The notes under the pieces: generated by a model
The model's database searches: none
Told to the model about the DNA's origin: nothing
Seen by the model: the letters and a program-made list of their open reading frames with translations, nothing else
From: Candidatus Latescibacterota bacterium
Lineage (GTDB): Bacteria; Latescibacterota; UBA2968; GCA-2709665
Direction: 5' to 3'
DNA length: 64,000 nucleotides
Assembly: GCA_965222075.1 (NCBI GenBank)
Contig: OZ244937.1
Coordinates: 1,760,001-1,824,000, forward strand
Made by a program: the position numbers and the translations under genes
Shown: piece by piece, positions 20,357-30,814 of the stretch
Layout of the letters: each line of letters opens with the position of its first letter
Position numbering within the stretch: position 1 is the stretch's first letter

Positions 20357-21736
20357 TTACCCTCCTCCGATATGATCGGTCGCCTCCAGACGCGCTCCCT
20401 CCGCATTCACCAGCCCATAATAGCGCATCTTGCGCCGCAGTGTCGGCCGCGTAATGCCCAGGAGCTGACACGCCCGACCCCGGTTCCAGCCCGTGATATG
20501 CAGCACCCGCGCAATATGGTCTCGCTCCATCTCCGCCAGCGTGGGGACCTGCTCCAATCCCTCCGGCTCCGCTTCGGATCTCAACCCGCACAGGTGGACG
20601 GGCAGAATGGTCTCTCCCCGGCAGAGCATCGCGGCCCGGGTGATCACATTCTGAAGCTCCCTCACATTCCCGGGCCAGTGATAGGACATCAGCCGCTCTA
20701 AAGCATCTTCGGATACCCCCCAAACCTTCCGGTGTAACCTCTGATTAATCCCCACCAGCGTCCTGCGAACCAGGGGCGGGATATCCGATCGTCGCTCCCG
20801 TAGCGGCGGCAGGTGAATGGCGATCTCACAGAGCCGATAAAACAGATCGCCTCGAAAGCGTCCCGATGCCACCAGATCGTCCAGATCGCTATTGGTGGCA
20901 GCCACCACCCGCACATCCGGATGGATCAGTTCCTGTCCGCCGACCCGATAGAACTCCCCCCGGTCCAGCACCCGCAAAAGCTTGGCCTGGAATGCCGGCG
21001 GGGCGTCGCCGATCTCATCTAAGAAAAGCGTTCCCCCATCCGCCTGCTCAAAACACCCCGGACGCCGTTCTACGGCCCCGGTGAAGGCGCCCCGCTCGTG
21101 CCCAAAAAGCTCACTCTCCGTCAACGTCTCCACCACGGCCGCGCAATTGACGGCTACAAACGGGCCCGGCCGCACCGATGCCTGGTGGATCGCCCGTGCA
21201 AAAAGCTCCTTTCCCGTGCCGCTCTCTCCCTTCAACAGAACCGTTGCGTCGGTGTCCGCAACCGCCCCCGCCGTCTTGAGGGCCTGGATCATCGCCCCAC
21301 AGCGCCCCACCACCATCTCATCCTGCGCGCCCGCAAGGGGCGTGTCTCTATCTGTCCTGCAGCGGAGCGAAGGACGGCCCTCCCCCTGCAGACGGCCAAG
21401 CAGGTCATCCAGCGCCGGGTCGTCAACCGGCTTGGGAAGACAATCGTAGGCCCCTCGGGAGATCGCAGAAAAAACCAATTCGGGCGAGAATGTCTCGCTC
21501 ACCACGACCACCGGGGTATACCCCTCCTGCCCCTGTGCGGCCTCCAGCAGAGGAAACCCATCTCCATCGGGAAGCACAGCCTCGGTAAGCACCAGCTTTG
21601 GGGCCCGCTTTTGAACCATCCGAAGCCCTTCCAATGCCGTCCCCGCCTGAGACACCAGAAACCCGCGCCGGGTCAAACGCTCTGCCATATCCCGACAGAA
21701 CCCCTCGTCGCCATCCACCAGGAGAACCTGATCCAT
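20357..21736 (-). CDS. Sigma54-dependent response regulator (NtrC/ZraR family)
   Basis: Receiver-like N-terminus, GESGTGKE, ESELFGHERGAFTGA, LFLDEIG, WPGNVREL, Fis-type HTH. Confidence 0.93.
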   Translation of the reverse strand: MDQVLLVDGDEGFCRDMAERLTRRGFLVSQAGTALEGLRMVQKRAPKLVLTEAVLPDGDGFPLLEAAQGQEGYTPVVVVSETFSPELVFSAISRGAYDCLPKPVDDPALDDLLGRLQGEGRPSLRCRTDRDTPLAGAQDEMVVGRCGAMIQALKTAGAVADTDATVLLKGESGTGKELFARAIHQASVRPGPFVAVNCAAVVETLTESELFGHERGAFTGAVERRPGCFEQADGGTLFLDEIGDAPPAFQAKLLRVLDRGEFYRVGGQELIHPDVRVVAATNSDLDDLVASGRFRGDLFYRLCEIAIHLPPLRERRSDIPPLVRRTLVGINQRLHRKVWGVSEDALERLMSYHWPGNVRELQNVITRAAMLCRGETILPVHLCGLRSEAEPEGLEQVPTLAEMERDHIARVLHITGWNRGRACQLLGITRPTLRRKMRYYGLVNAEGARLEATDHIGGG

Positions 21737-21795
21737 AACCACCTCCCCATAAAAAGGTCCGCAAAGCGTTGCCTCAATACGAGAGAACCTGCACA

Positions 21796-21811
21796 GCAGA
21801 CCCTGTGCCAA
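21796..21811 (-). promoter_or_regulatory. Putative sigma54 -24/-12 promoter
   Basis: TTGGCAC-AGGGT-CTGC (GG-N10-GC) ~60 bp upstream of the regulator start. Confidence 0.55.
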
Positions 21812-21958
21812 CCGGCAGAAGGAGGAGGTATCTACGTAGACAAGCCTACATATTTCAATAAATTAATCAAAATTGGCCTTAGCTTCTCCACCCGTCCAAT
21901 TGCCCTGTCTTTAAGGACAGATTCCACACCGGCTGTCGCAGCACACATGGCAATTGCT

Positions 21959-21995
21959 AAAAAAACCGGCGCTCCCCAAAGGGTGCGCCGGTTTC
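21959..21995 (-). terminator. Intrinsic terminator downstream of the FN3 lipoprotein gene
   Basis: AAACCGGCGC...GCGCCGGTTT stem with an A-tract. Confidence 0.7.
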
Positions 21996-22014
21996 AAGCC
22001 CGTTTGTCCGTCGG

Positions 22015-24588
22015 CTACTCTTCTATTGCAGGCAGCGAGACCCCCACAGCTGTTGAGGCCTCACTGAGCACACCCTTCAGATTGGTCAGCACCCGATAGA
22101 GGTAGGATTTACCGGGTTCTACGCCCGAATCTTCAAAGGTGGTCTCCGTCTGTGCCAGCGAGACCGTCTTGAAGTCGCTCCCCGATGAGGTGCCCACGGT
22201 CTGGCGCTCCACCCGGAAATTCGTGAATTCCGCCGGTGCCGTCCAGGTCACCCGGACCAGCGTATCGGCGCCTGCGATCACCAAATTTGCCCGGACATTG
22301 GTCGGAGGCATAGCCGAACTGGTCGTCAGCGTAATCGAATTGGACAATACGCTCTCGTTTCCATGGCCGTCCAGGGCACTGATCCGGTAGGCGTAGGTCG
22401 TTGCCATCTCCAGACCCCGGTCACGATAAATGCGCAGCGTCGAATCCACCTGCGTGAACAGATAGAAGCCCGCGCCTCCGGTCCCCACGGCCCGGTAGAG
22501 CCGGAACCTGGAGAGTCCGGTCAGCTCGCTCCCCCCCGTGTCGGTTTTGGGTGCGGCCCAGGTCAGTTCGATCGCATCGCTGCTCACCAAACGCCCCGAA
22601 AACACTCCCGGCGTCGCCGGCGCCCGGTTGTCTGCGGGCACCTCCTCCGAGACAAACTGCGACAACTCGCCCTCCAGCAGGCCGCCAGCACCAACGGCTT
22701 GCACCCGGTAGACATACGTCTGGCCCGCAACCAGCGGAGAATCTACGTAGGCCGTCCGAACCGTGTTGAACGTCGCCTCGGGCGCCGTCTGGGACGGGTC
22801 GGTGTAGCGCAGCACCCGGTAACCCGTTAGCTCCAACTCCGTATTGGCTGCCCAGCTGATCGTAATCTGGTTGACATCTCCCGTGGCCGTAACATTCCCG
22901 GGCGCGGCCATTCTCCGGGTCGTGCCCGTTACAAACGCAGACGTATCGCTCTGAACACCGTTTCTGCCCACCGCGATCAGGCGGTAGAAGAATACCTGAT
23001 CCGCCACCAGCGAGGAATCCACGTAAGCGGTCTGTGCTGTGGTAAACGCCTCGCTCTCCTCTCCCTGAAGAAAAGTGAAAGGACCGCCGGACCGATCCGA
23101 CCGGAGCACCTTATAACCGATCAAGTCCGACTCGGTGTTGGCCGACCAGACCAATACCAACCATCCGATCCCGGGGGTGGCGTGCAGACCCTTTGGAACC
23201 GCCAGCCCTCCGGTTGTGATCGGCACAGTGGTCGATCGAGCACTGACGTTATCGTTGTCATCAACCGCGCTGACGGTATAGAAATACTGGGTGAGCAGCT
23301 CCGTATTCCGGTCCTCATAGCTGGTCTGATCCCCAGGGACTTCTGCCAGCAGCGCAAAAGACGTATTATTTCCTTCCGAACGGAAAATCCGGTAGGTCTC
23401 CAAACCGGTCAAATCCCCACCGTTGCTGTCCTTAAGTGGGGCCGACCAGTTGAGTTGCACCGTTCTGACATCGGTCCCACCCAGGCTGACAATCAGGTCC
23501 GAAGGCGCCGCCGGGGGGATCTGGTCGATGGTGGCTTTCCCATCTACAAAAGGTGATTCCGTACTTCGAACAACGCCCCGGGAGGGGTCCTGAATCACGG
23601 CCTGCACCCGGTAAAAGTAGACCCTGTCCGGCTCCACATCGGTATCGATATATTCCGTTTGTGCGGTCGTAAAGAGAGTATCCGCCGTTACCGACTGGAA
23701 CACCTCCTGTGTGGAGGCAGACCGGAGCACCAGGTAGCCGATCAGGTTGGGATCGGTTACAGCAGTCCACGTGACCACAATCTGTCCAATGGTTCCTATA
23801 ACCCTCAACCCGCCCGGCACATCCACCCCCGAATCGGTGGTGGTAACAGAAGCCGAGGCCGAACGCCCACTTTCATTCTCTGCGCCGTCCAGGGCGCTCA
23901 CGCTGTAGAAGTACCGCGTGTCCACCTCCAGATCGGAGGTGTCCTTATATGTGGCCTGCCCGGCGGGCGCCGTGCCGATCTGAACAAAGGCATCCTGGGT
24001 ATCTTTTGCTCTGAAGATCCGGTAGGCATCCAGACCGGTCAGTTCCTGGTTGTTCACATCGGTCTGAGGCGCCGTCCATGTCAGGGTCACATGCCCGGTC
24101 TCTACATCGGTTACCACAGAGAGAGCGGCCGGCGGACCAGGTGGACGGTTATCCTCTAAGGCCTCGGCACTCACAAGGACCGACAGCTCGCTGGAGCGCT
24201 TCTGGTTATCGACCGTATTGACCTTATAGAAATAAATTTTCGCAACCTTCAGATCCAGCGTGGTATCCACAAATGTGATGCGCGCCGTGGTAATCAGAGA
24301 ATCGGCCACTTCCCCCGACAAACGCACATAAGTGCCCGTGGCCGATGTGGACCGCCACACGCCGTAACCGGCCAGACTGGTACTGGTAACAGGGTTCCAG
24401 GTGAGAATGATCCGTCCGATATCTCCGGCCGCCCTCAGGTTACCGGGGGTGCTCAACCCCTCGTTCCCCGGGAAATTTGGATCAATGGGATTGACGCGTT
24501 CTCGACCACACCCCCATACCCCCAGAAGGGCAACAGCCAGCACTCCCCAAAACCCGATGTGCAATCGAGCCGATCTCCTGCACCTCAT
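22015..24588 (-). CDS. Lipoprotein with multiple fibronectin type III repeats
   Basis: Lipobox VWGC, then about eight repeats of LxW...GY.v.R...Y.D..L.....Y.Y.V.AV; start chosen by RBS. Confidence 0.85.
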   Translation of the reverse strand: MRCRRSARLHIGFWGVLAVALLGVWGCGRERVNPIDPNFPGNEGLSTPGNLRAAGDIGRIILTWNPVTSTSLAGYGVWRSTSATGTYVRLSGEVADSLITTARITFVDTTLDLKVAKIYFYKVNTVDNQKRSSELSVLVSAEALEDNRPPGPPAALSVVTDVETGHVTLTWTAPQTDVNNQELTGLDAYRIFRAKDTQDAFVQIGTAPAGQATYKDTSDLEVDTRYFYSVSALDGAENESGRSASASVTTTDSGVDVPGGLRVIGTIGQIVVTWTAVTDPNLIGYLVLRSASTQEVFQSVTADTLFTTAQTEYIDTDVEPDRVYFYRVQAVIQDPSRGVVRSTESPFVDGKATIDQIPPAAPSDLIVSLGGTDVRTVQLNWSAPLKDSNGGDLTGLETYRIFRSEGNNTSFALLAEVPGDQTSYEDRNTELLTQYFYTVSAVDDNDNVSARSTTVPITTGGLAVPKGLHATPGIGWLVLVWSANTESDLIGYKVLRSDRSGGPFTFLQGEESEAFTTAQTAYVDSSLVADQVFFYRLIAVGRNGVQSDTSAFVTGTTRRMAAPGNVTATGDVNQITISWAANTELELTGYRVLRYTDPSQTAPEATFNTVRTAYVDSPLVAGQTYVYRVQAVGAGGLLEGELSQFVSEEVPADNRAPATPGVFSGRLVSSDAIELTWAAPKTDTGGSELTGLSRFRLYRAVGTGGAGFYLFTQVDSTLRIYRDRGLEMATTYAYRISALDGHGNESVLSNSITLTTSSAMPPTNVRANLVIAGADTLVRVTWTAPAEFTNFRVERQTVGTSSGSDFKTVSLAQTETTFEDSGVEPGKSYLYRVLTNLKGVLSEASTAVGVSLPAIEE

Positions 24589-24667
24589 AACGCTCTCCTT
24601 CGTCCATACGAGTAGGGGAAGGCATGCCTTGCCCCTTGAATACCCGTTCATCTGTAGTTGCTTCTGC

Positions 24668-25105
24668 CTAAAAACGCCTCTTAATTTCAACCCGCACGGC
24701 CTGAGACCGGGCGTCCCCTTTCAAATCCAGCGTCAGCCTGCGATCCACTTTGGGGATATTGTCATCCACACTGCTGGACAACAGCAGCCGCAGGCCGCTT
24801 ACCAGCATCACCACCGACAGGCCGATGCTCATCTGGCTCTTCGTATCCTGATCGCTGGAGCGCTCAAACAATCGATCTGCCTCCTGCGCCGTCTGAGCCT
24901 GTCTGTATGCATCGTAGATTCGGTTGGCATCCCGTCGGAAATCGATGGCCTTCTTGGCCATAAACGTGCTCCCCCCCAGGAAGAGAACACCGAACGTCCG
25001 ACGCGGCGTAAAAAAAGACTTGGCCTCTGCAGAAGAAGCCACCCCTCCGGTAAACAGCGCCAACACCGGGAGGCAACAGAGAAATTGAACGGTTCGCCTG
25101 CCCAT
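24668..25105 (-). CDS. Hypothetical exported/membrane protein
   Basis: Signal-like N-terminus, two hydrophobic segments, C-terminal beta-strand ending in F; RBS AAGGAGG. Confidence 0.7.
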   Translation of the reverse strand: MGRRTVQFLCCLPVLALFTGGVASSAEAKSFFTPRRTFGVLFLGGSTFMAKKAIDFRRDANRIYDAYRQAQTAQEADRLFERSSDQDTKSQMSIGLSVVMLVSGLRLLLSSSVDDNIPKVDRRLTLDLKGDARSQAVRVEIKRRF

Positions 25106-25141
25106 AAGCACCCTCCTTGCCTGGTAGATCTGTCGGTAAGA

Positions 25142-25171
25142 TTAGACGGTATAGGGCCTGGAAAGGTTTCA
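25142..25171 (-). promoter_or_regulatory. Putative ECF-sigma promoter
   Basis: TGAAAC-17 bp-CGTCTAA upstream of the 25105 start. Confidence 0.55.
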
Positions 25172-25204
25172 TCGGAAACTACAAAACGGCCTCTGCCGGT
25201 CAGA

Positions 25205-25978
25205 TCAATCGTAGATTCGGATATCCGCCGGTTTCTCCCAGGAGCGGAGCGTGCGGGCAACGCGGGTGCCGGACAGCTTATCGTGAAGAGCCTGCTTCTG
25301 GCGGTCCCGGATCATCCACAGGCCGCTCACGCCCACCGTAAGCCCAAAAAGGACGTACTGCCCCAAAAACCTGACCAGCGCCTGTTTGGCAGATGGCGGC
25401 CCCCCACCGACCGATTCGAGTCTGACGCCCGCCTCCCGCATCCCCGGTGTCATCCCCGACCGGAGCCAGGCCGTCAGCGTCAAAACCGCCTTAAAGGCCA
25501 GGATGCCCAGCAAAACCTTCCATTTCAAGAGGGCCAGCCCGCCCAGGTAAAAGAGCAACGCGCCAACCTCCCTGGCGCTCAGCACATCCATAAATTGTTC
25601 AAGAACCGGTGTCTCGCTGGCCGGGGGGGCAACCCGGGCGGCCTCTTCGGCCCCAAAGCCCTGGATCAGGCCCACGGCCGCCTCCACGACCAGGAAGAGC
25701 AACCCCAGGATCAGCGCAAAGATAAACAGGTCCACCAGGCCCGCCCAGAGGCGCCGGAAGAACCCCGCCCCCCCCATCGCCTCATCCCCCGGCATCTTTC
25801 CTTTTGCGTCGAGCGTCCGCAGGCGGTCCTCAAGCTCCTGGTGCACCATCTCAAACCGCTGGGGGTAGACAATGCGGTCCAGGTGTGCATAAATATCTTC
25901 CAGCTCCGACAGGGTGTTGTTCCGAATCTGCTCGCGATAGGCCTCATCCGCCGCCTGCTGCCACTCGGCCTGATTCAT
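25205..25978 (-). CDS. RDD family protein
   Basis: AGFFRRLWAGLVD, GMTPG, KQALHDKLSGTRV. Confidence 0.88.
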   Translation of the reverse strand: MNQAEWQQAADEAYREQIRNNTLSELEDIYAHLDRIVYPQRFEMVHQELEDRLRTLDAKGKMPGDEAMGGAGFFRRLWAGLVDLFIFALILGLLFLVVEAAVGLIQGFGAEEAARVAPPASETPVLEQFMDVLSAREVGALLFYLGGLALLKWKVLLGILAFKAVLTLTAWLRSGMTPGMREAGVRLESVGGGPPSAKQALVRFLGQYVLFGLTVGVSGLWMIRDRQKQALHDKLSGTRVARTLRSWEKPADIRIYD

Positions 25979-25981
25979 CCG

Positions 25982-28900
25982 CTACTCCTTCCGGTCGACC
26001 AGCGAATAGATCGTCGGGATGAGCACCAGGGTCACTAAGGTCGAAAAGACGAGCCCGCCGATGACGGTAATGGCCATCGGCGCCCGAATTTCCGCGCCCT
26101 GTCCCACCGGAAACATGATATTTAGCCCTCCCATCACAAAGGCCATCATGCCGGAAGGCAGGAGGCTGCTCAGGGCCGAATCCAGGGCCCCTGCCAGGGG
26201 TCGGAAATCGAAAATACCCAGCGCCATCGGCAGCAGCCCCAGCACCGTGGTGGAAGTGGTCATCAGAATCGGCCGGAGCCGCACCTCTCCGGCCCGTACA
26301 ATCGCATCGAATTTGGCCATACCCTGTTCGCGCCTGAGCGTATTGATATAATCGATCAGCACAATGGCATTGTTCACCACAATCCCCGCCAGCATAATCA
26401 AACCGATCAGCACCACCACGCTTACCGTCTGTCCGGTCAACAACAACACCAGGATCACACCCACCAGCGCGAAGGGAATGGAGAACATAATCACAAAGGG
26501 GTGGACCAGCGATTCAAACTGAGAACCCATCACCAGATAGACTAAGAAAATGGCCAGCCCGATGGCCAGTTGCATGCTCTCAAACGACCGCTTGCGTTCC
26601 TCGTTTTGACCGCCGACCTTGATGCTGAAATCCGGCGGATACTGCATCTGGCGGATCTCCCCCTCAATATCCGTTACCACGTCGCTCAGGCTGCGGCCTT
26701 CTAAGTTGGCCGAAACCAGCGCAACCCGTTCCTGCCTCAGCCGGCGGATCTCCGCTGGCCCCATCTCCACAGAGAGATCGGCAACCACCGCAAGCGGAAT
26801 GGCCGCCGACGCGTTTGGCGGGCTTACAACCAGGCGCTTCAGGTCCTCCACCGTGCTGCGGTGCTCCTCGCTCGCCCGCACCCGGATATCCACCTTGCGG
26901 TCCCCCTGGGTAAATTCGGTGGCCACCTCCCCCTGCACCTGATTTCGGATAATCTCCCCGATGGCGCTGATGGTGGTACCCATCTGAGAAACCCATTTCC
27001 GGTTGAAGCGGATCTGCACCTCCGGATTCCCCCCCTCCGCGCTCGTCTTCACATCCGTAAGCCCCTCGATATGGGACATCCGCTCCACCATCTCGTTTGC
27101 CAGCAGCCGCAGGGTGCCCAGGTTGTATCCGGAGATCTCCACCTCCACCGGTGTCTTGGAGGTAAAAAACGACGGTCGGGCAAACTTGTACTCCACAGAG
27201 GGAATATTTCGAAGTGCGCTGCGCAGGCGGTCCATCACCGCCTCTTCCCGATCGCGGATAATGCCCTCCGCCAGCGCCACCTGAATCTGCCCCACGTTCT
27301 CGCGCTCTTCCCCCACCGAACCGCCGGATGCCCCGCTTGATCCGATAATGCTGTAGACCAGCGCCACCTCCGGCTGTTCCCGAACCACCTGCTCCATGGC
27401 CCGAACCGTCTGTTCCGTAGCGGCCAGCGGGGTGCCCACCGGCATCTCCACGTTAATCACGAACTCGCCCTGACTCATCTCGGGAATGAGTTCGCTTCCC
27501 AAGAACTGCCCCAAAAACAGTGTCCCGCACAGAACCCCCAGCGCCGCCAGAATCACCAGCCCCCGGTGGCGCAATGCGAAGCGGATTACCTGTGGATAGA
27601 CCGCATACGCCCTGCCGGTAATTTGATCGAAGACCCAGAACAGGGGTGACAGGAGGCACAGAATACCCCTGCCAATCTTCTGCACCCACCCCCAGAACAG
27701 CCCCAGGAATTTCGCCGGCCCCTGCGCAGACCCCCGTCCCAGCGCCAGGCGGCGGCGTTCCACCTGAGCCACCTCCCCCATCCACTCAAATTCCAAAGAG
27801 GCCAGCATCGGAATCAGCGTGAGCGCCACAAACAGCGAGGCGACTAAGGAATAGGTCACCGTCAGCGCCTGATCCCTGAAAAGCTGTCCCGCAATCCCCT
27901 CCACAAACACAATGGGCACAAACACGCAGATGGTTGTGATCGTAGAGGCCACCACCGCCTTGCCCACCTCACTGGCACCCCTGTTGGCGGCCTCCCGCGC
28001 AGGCACCCCCTCGTCCCGGTAGCGCTGAACGCTCTCTAACACCACAATCGAGTTGTCCACCAGCATCCCAATGCCCAGGGCCAGCCCGCCCAGAGACATA
28101 ATGTTCAGGCTGACATCCGAGACGAACATGAAGAAAAACGTGGCCACCACCGAGATCGGGATAGAAAGGCTGATAATGCCGGTGCTCTTGGGGCTGCCCA
28201 GGAAGAGATAGAGAACGATCACTGCTAAGATTCCGCCCATAATCGCCGTATTGCGCACCTCAGTGACCGATTCCCGGATGAAGGTGGACTGGTCGAACAC
28301 GACCTCCATTCGGAAGTCTCCCACCAGCTCCCCCGCCTCTTTTGCAAATGCCTCAAGCTTTTCCTTGACCTGCACGGCGACCGTAACCGTGTTCGCGTCC
28401 CCCTCCTTATAAACCGCCAACTCCACGCTCTCTTGACCGTTGATCCGGGTAATCACCTTGCGCTCTTTGTGCCCCCGCCGCACCGTGCCCACATCAGCTA
28501 AGGTAATCACGGCGTCCCCCCGCTCTCCCACCACAATATCCTGGATCTCGTCCACGGCCTGAAACTCGTTCAGCGTGCGCACCAGGTACTCTGCTTCGCC
28601 GTCCTTAAGCTGACCGCCGGTCAGGTTGACATTTTCCTGGGAAAGGCGGTTCACGATCTGAGAAAGGGAAAGCCGCAACGCCGCCAGCCTCGGCTCGTCG
28701 ATCTCAACGTGGATCTCCTCCTCCAGCCCCCCATTGACCCGCACGGCCGCAACCCCCTCCAGGCTTTCCAGTTCCGGCCTGATCTGTTCTTCCCCCAGGA
28801 GGCGCATGGCAATCAGGCTCTCCCGGCCGTACAGACCGATGCGCACAATCGGGTCCAGCGAAGGGTCGAACCGCAGCAGCACCGGCTTTTCCACGCCCTG

Positions 28901-29260
28901 GGGCAGCTGCAGCCGGTCCAGTCTTTCCCGGATATCCAAAGACGCAAAATCCATATCGGTGCCCCAGCGAAACTCCACCACCACCTCAGACACCCCGGGC
29001 CGGGAGGTCGAACTCACCCGGATCACATTGGTCACAACCCCAACCGCCCCCTCGATGGGCTCCGTAATCAGACGCTCCATCTCCGAGGGCGCCGTACCCT
29101 CGTAGTCTGTACGAACGGTCAACGTCGGGTATGTAATATCGGGCAGCAGGTTCATGGCGATGAACTGATACCATAACGGCACCAGACCAAAAATCACGGC
29201 CGCCGCCATCAGCATCGTCACCGTCACCCGGCGCCGCGTTGAAAATTCAATCAGTTTCAT
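25982..29260 (-). CDS. RND efflux permease (AcrB/SwrC-like)
   Basis: LLPDITYP, GMLVDNSIVVLE, GIVVNNAIVLID, RLRPILMT. Confidence 0.95.
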   Translation of the reverse strand: MKLIEFSTRRRVTVTMLMAAAVIFGLVPLWYQFIAMNLLPDITYPTLTVRTDYEGTAPSEMERLITEPIEGAVGVVTNVIRVSSTSRPGVSEVVVEFRWGTDMDFASLDIRERLDRLQLPQGVEKPVLLRFDPSLDPIVRIGLYGRESLIAMRLLGEEQIRPELESLEGVAAVRVNGGLEEEIHVEIDEPRLAALRLSLSQIVNRLSQENVNLTGGQLKDGEAEYLVRTLNEFQAVDEIQDIVVGERGDAVITLADVGTVRRGHKERKVITRINGQESVELAVYKEGDANTVTVAVQVKEKLEAFAKEAGELVGDFRMEVVFDQSTFIRESVTEVRNTAIMGGILAVIVLYLFLGSPKSTGIISLSIPISVVATFFFMFVSDVSLNIMSLGGLALGIGMLVDNSIVVLESVQRYRDEGVPAREAANRGASEVGKAVVASTITTICVFVPIVFVEGIAGQLFRDQALTVTYSLVASLFVALTLIPMLASLEFEWMGEVAQVERRRLALGRGSAQGPAKFLGLFWGWVQKIGRGILCLLSPLFWVFDQITGRAYAVYPQVIRFALRHRGLVILAALGVLCGTLFLGQFLGSELIPEMSQGEFVINVEMPVGTPLAATEQTVRAMEQVVREQPEVALVYSIIGSSGASGGSVGEERENVGQIQVALAEGIIRDREEAVMDRLRSALRNIPSVEYKFARPSFFTSKTPVEVEISGYNLGTLRLLANEMVERMSHIEGLTDVKTSAEGGNPEVQIRFNRKWVSQMGTTISAIGEIIRNQVQGEVATEFTQGDRKVDIRVRASEEHRSTVEDLKRLVVSPPNASAAIPLAVVADLSVEMGPAEIRRLRQERVALVSANLEGRSLSDVVTDIEGEIRQMQYPPDFSIKVGGQNEERKRSFESMQLAIGLAIFLVYLVMGSQFESLVHPFVIMFSIPFALVGVILVLLLTGQTVSVVVLIGLIMLAGIVVNNAIVLIDYINTLRREQGMAKFDAIVRAGEVRLRPILMTTSTTVLGLLPMALGIFDFRPLAGALDSALSSLLPSGMMAFVMGGLNIMFPVGQGAEIRAPMAITVIGGLVFSTLVTLVLIPTIYSLVDRKE

Positions 29261-29305
29261 AGAACTGGAAAACCCCTCCCCCCTCGCAAGAAATAGGGAG
29301 TCAAG

Positions 29306-30721
29306 TCAATTCCCCCCCCCTCTTCCACCCCCGCCCCGCCCACCAAACGACACCACCCCCTTCTCCCGCATCTCCCCGATGAACGCCCGCCACTTATCGG
29401 CGTTCGTCGCCAGCTCCGGATCTTTCTTCACCCGCTTTTCGAACTCTGCCTTCAGGTCCGGAAACCGCCCAAACATCCGCTCCTGCATCATCTTCAACCG
29501 CTCCGGGGACATCTCTCCCCCGCCGAATCCACCTTGACCGGACCCGCCTCCCCCGCGCCTCCCGCCACCCTCTCCCCCCGGCCGACCGGCCGGTGTCTCC
29601 TCCCTGGACGCCGAAGCCACCACCGCTTCACCCACCAGCCGCACCCCCGTTCCGGGACGCAGCCCGTCCTGGCCGACGGTAATCACCTGTTCCCCTTCCG
29701 ACAGTCCCGACAATACCTCCAACCGCTCATTGTCGGTAAAACCGATCTTTACCTTCTTACGCGCCGCACGCCCCATCCCTGTCTCTTCGTCCTTTTCGTA
29801 GACGAAAATCTGGTTGCCCTCTCCCCCTAAGACCAGCGCCTTTTTGGGAATCACCAGGGCATTTCCGTGCGTCTCTGTAATAATATAGACCGAAACGAAC
29901 ATCCCGGGCCGTAAGATCCCGGTCTTCTCCTCGGGGATCTCAATCGTCACCTTGATTGTTCCACTCTCCGGGTTGACCACCGGACTGATCATCTTCACCC
30001 GGCCGGAAAATGTCTTGCCGGGCGAGGATTCCACGGTAATTCTGGCCCCCTGGCCTACAGCGATTTTTCCGATATTCTTTTCCGGAATACGAATGCGGGC
30101 CAGAAGAGGGTCAAAATCAGCCACCGAACAGACAACCTGATTGTTGGTCACCATATTCCCGACCTCGACGCTCCGGATGGTGACCACCCCTTTGACCGGC
30201 GATGCGATCGTCGTATAGCTCAAATTGAGTTTTGCCTGATCAAGCTGAGCGCGAGTCCGGTCGACGTGCGTATTGGAATTCTCGTACCGCTCGTCGCTCA
30301 CCAGCTTTCGCTGGTACATCTTCTCGTCACGCTGGAAGACCCGGCGCGCTTCCTCATAGGCCACCTCCATCTGGGTGACCTGAAGCCGGGCCTCCTCCGC
30401 GTCCAGGCGCGCAATCACACTCCCCACCACCACCCGGTCCCCCTCCTCTTTCAAAATCTCCACCACCTGTCCCGACGTCCTGGACCGCACGTCCACCCAC
30501 TGGAACGCCTCAAGGGTGGTATTCGCTAAGATATGCTCTGAAATATTCTGGCGGGTAACCGCTTCGACCTTGACCGGCACCGCCGCAGCGCTCTGCTGGC
30601 CCCCAAAACGCCCCCTCCTTCCGGACGACTGCCCTTCCCCATCACCACCCGACCCACACGCAGCAAGCGCCAGAAGCGCAACAGCCCCCATCAGCATGCC
30701 TCTCCGACGCGACAAAACCAT
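29306..30721 (-). CDS. RND periplasmic adaptor (membrane fusion lipoprotein)
   Basis: Lipobox LAAC, EGDRV, IASPVKGVV, LRPGMFV, GLSEGEQV; Gly-rich C-terminal extension. Confidence 0.92.
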   Translation of the reverse strand: MVLSRRRGMLMGAVALLALAACGSGGDGEGQSSGRRGRFGGQQSAAAVPVKVEAVTRQNISEHILANTTLEAFQWVDVRSRTSGQVVEILKEEGDRVVVGSVIARLDAEEARLQVTQMEVAYEEARRVFQRDEKMYQRKLVSDERYENSNTHVDRTRAQLDQAKLNLSYTTIASPVKGVVTIRSVEVGNMVTNNQVVCSVADFDPLLARIRIPEKNIGKIAVGQGARITVESSPGKTFSGRVKMISPVVNPESGTIKVTIEIPEEKTGILRPGMFVSVYIITETHGNALVIPKKALVLGGEGNQIFVYEKDEETGMGRAARKKVKIGFTDNERLEVLSGLSEGEQVITVGQDGLRPGTGVRLVGEAVVASASREETPAGRPGGEGGGRRGGGGSGQGGFGGGEMSPERLKMMQERMFGRFPDLKAEFEKRVKKDPELATNADKWRAFIGEMREKGVVSFGGRGGGGRGGGN

Positions 30722-30814
30722 CGGCCCTCCTCCGGACATCGATCCAGAAGTAAATAATCACTTACAAAACAAAAAAAGACCTTATTTTTCCCCAGGGGTG
30801 GGCCGCCCATCTAC

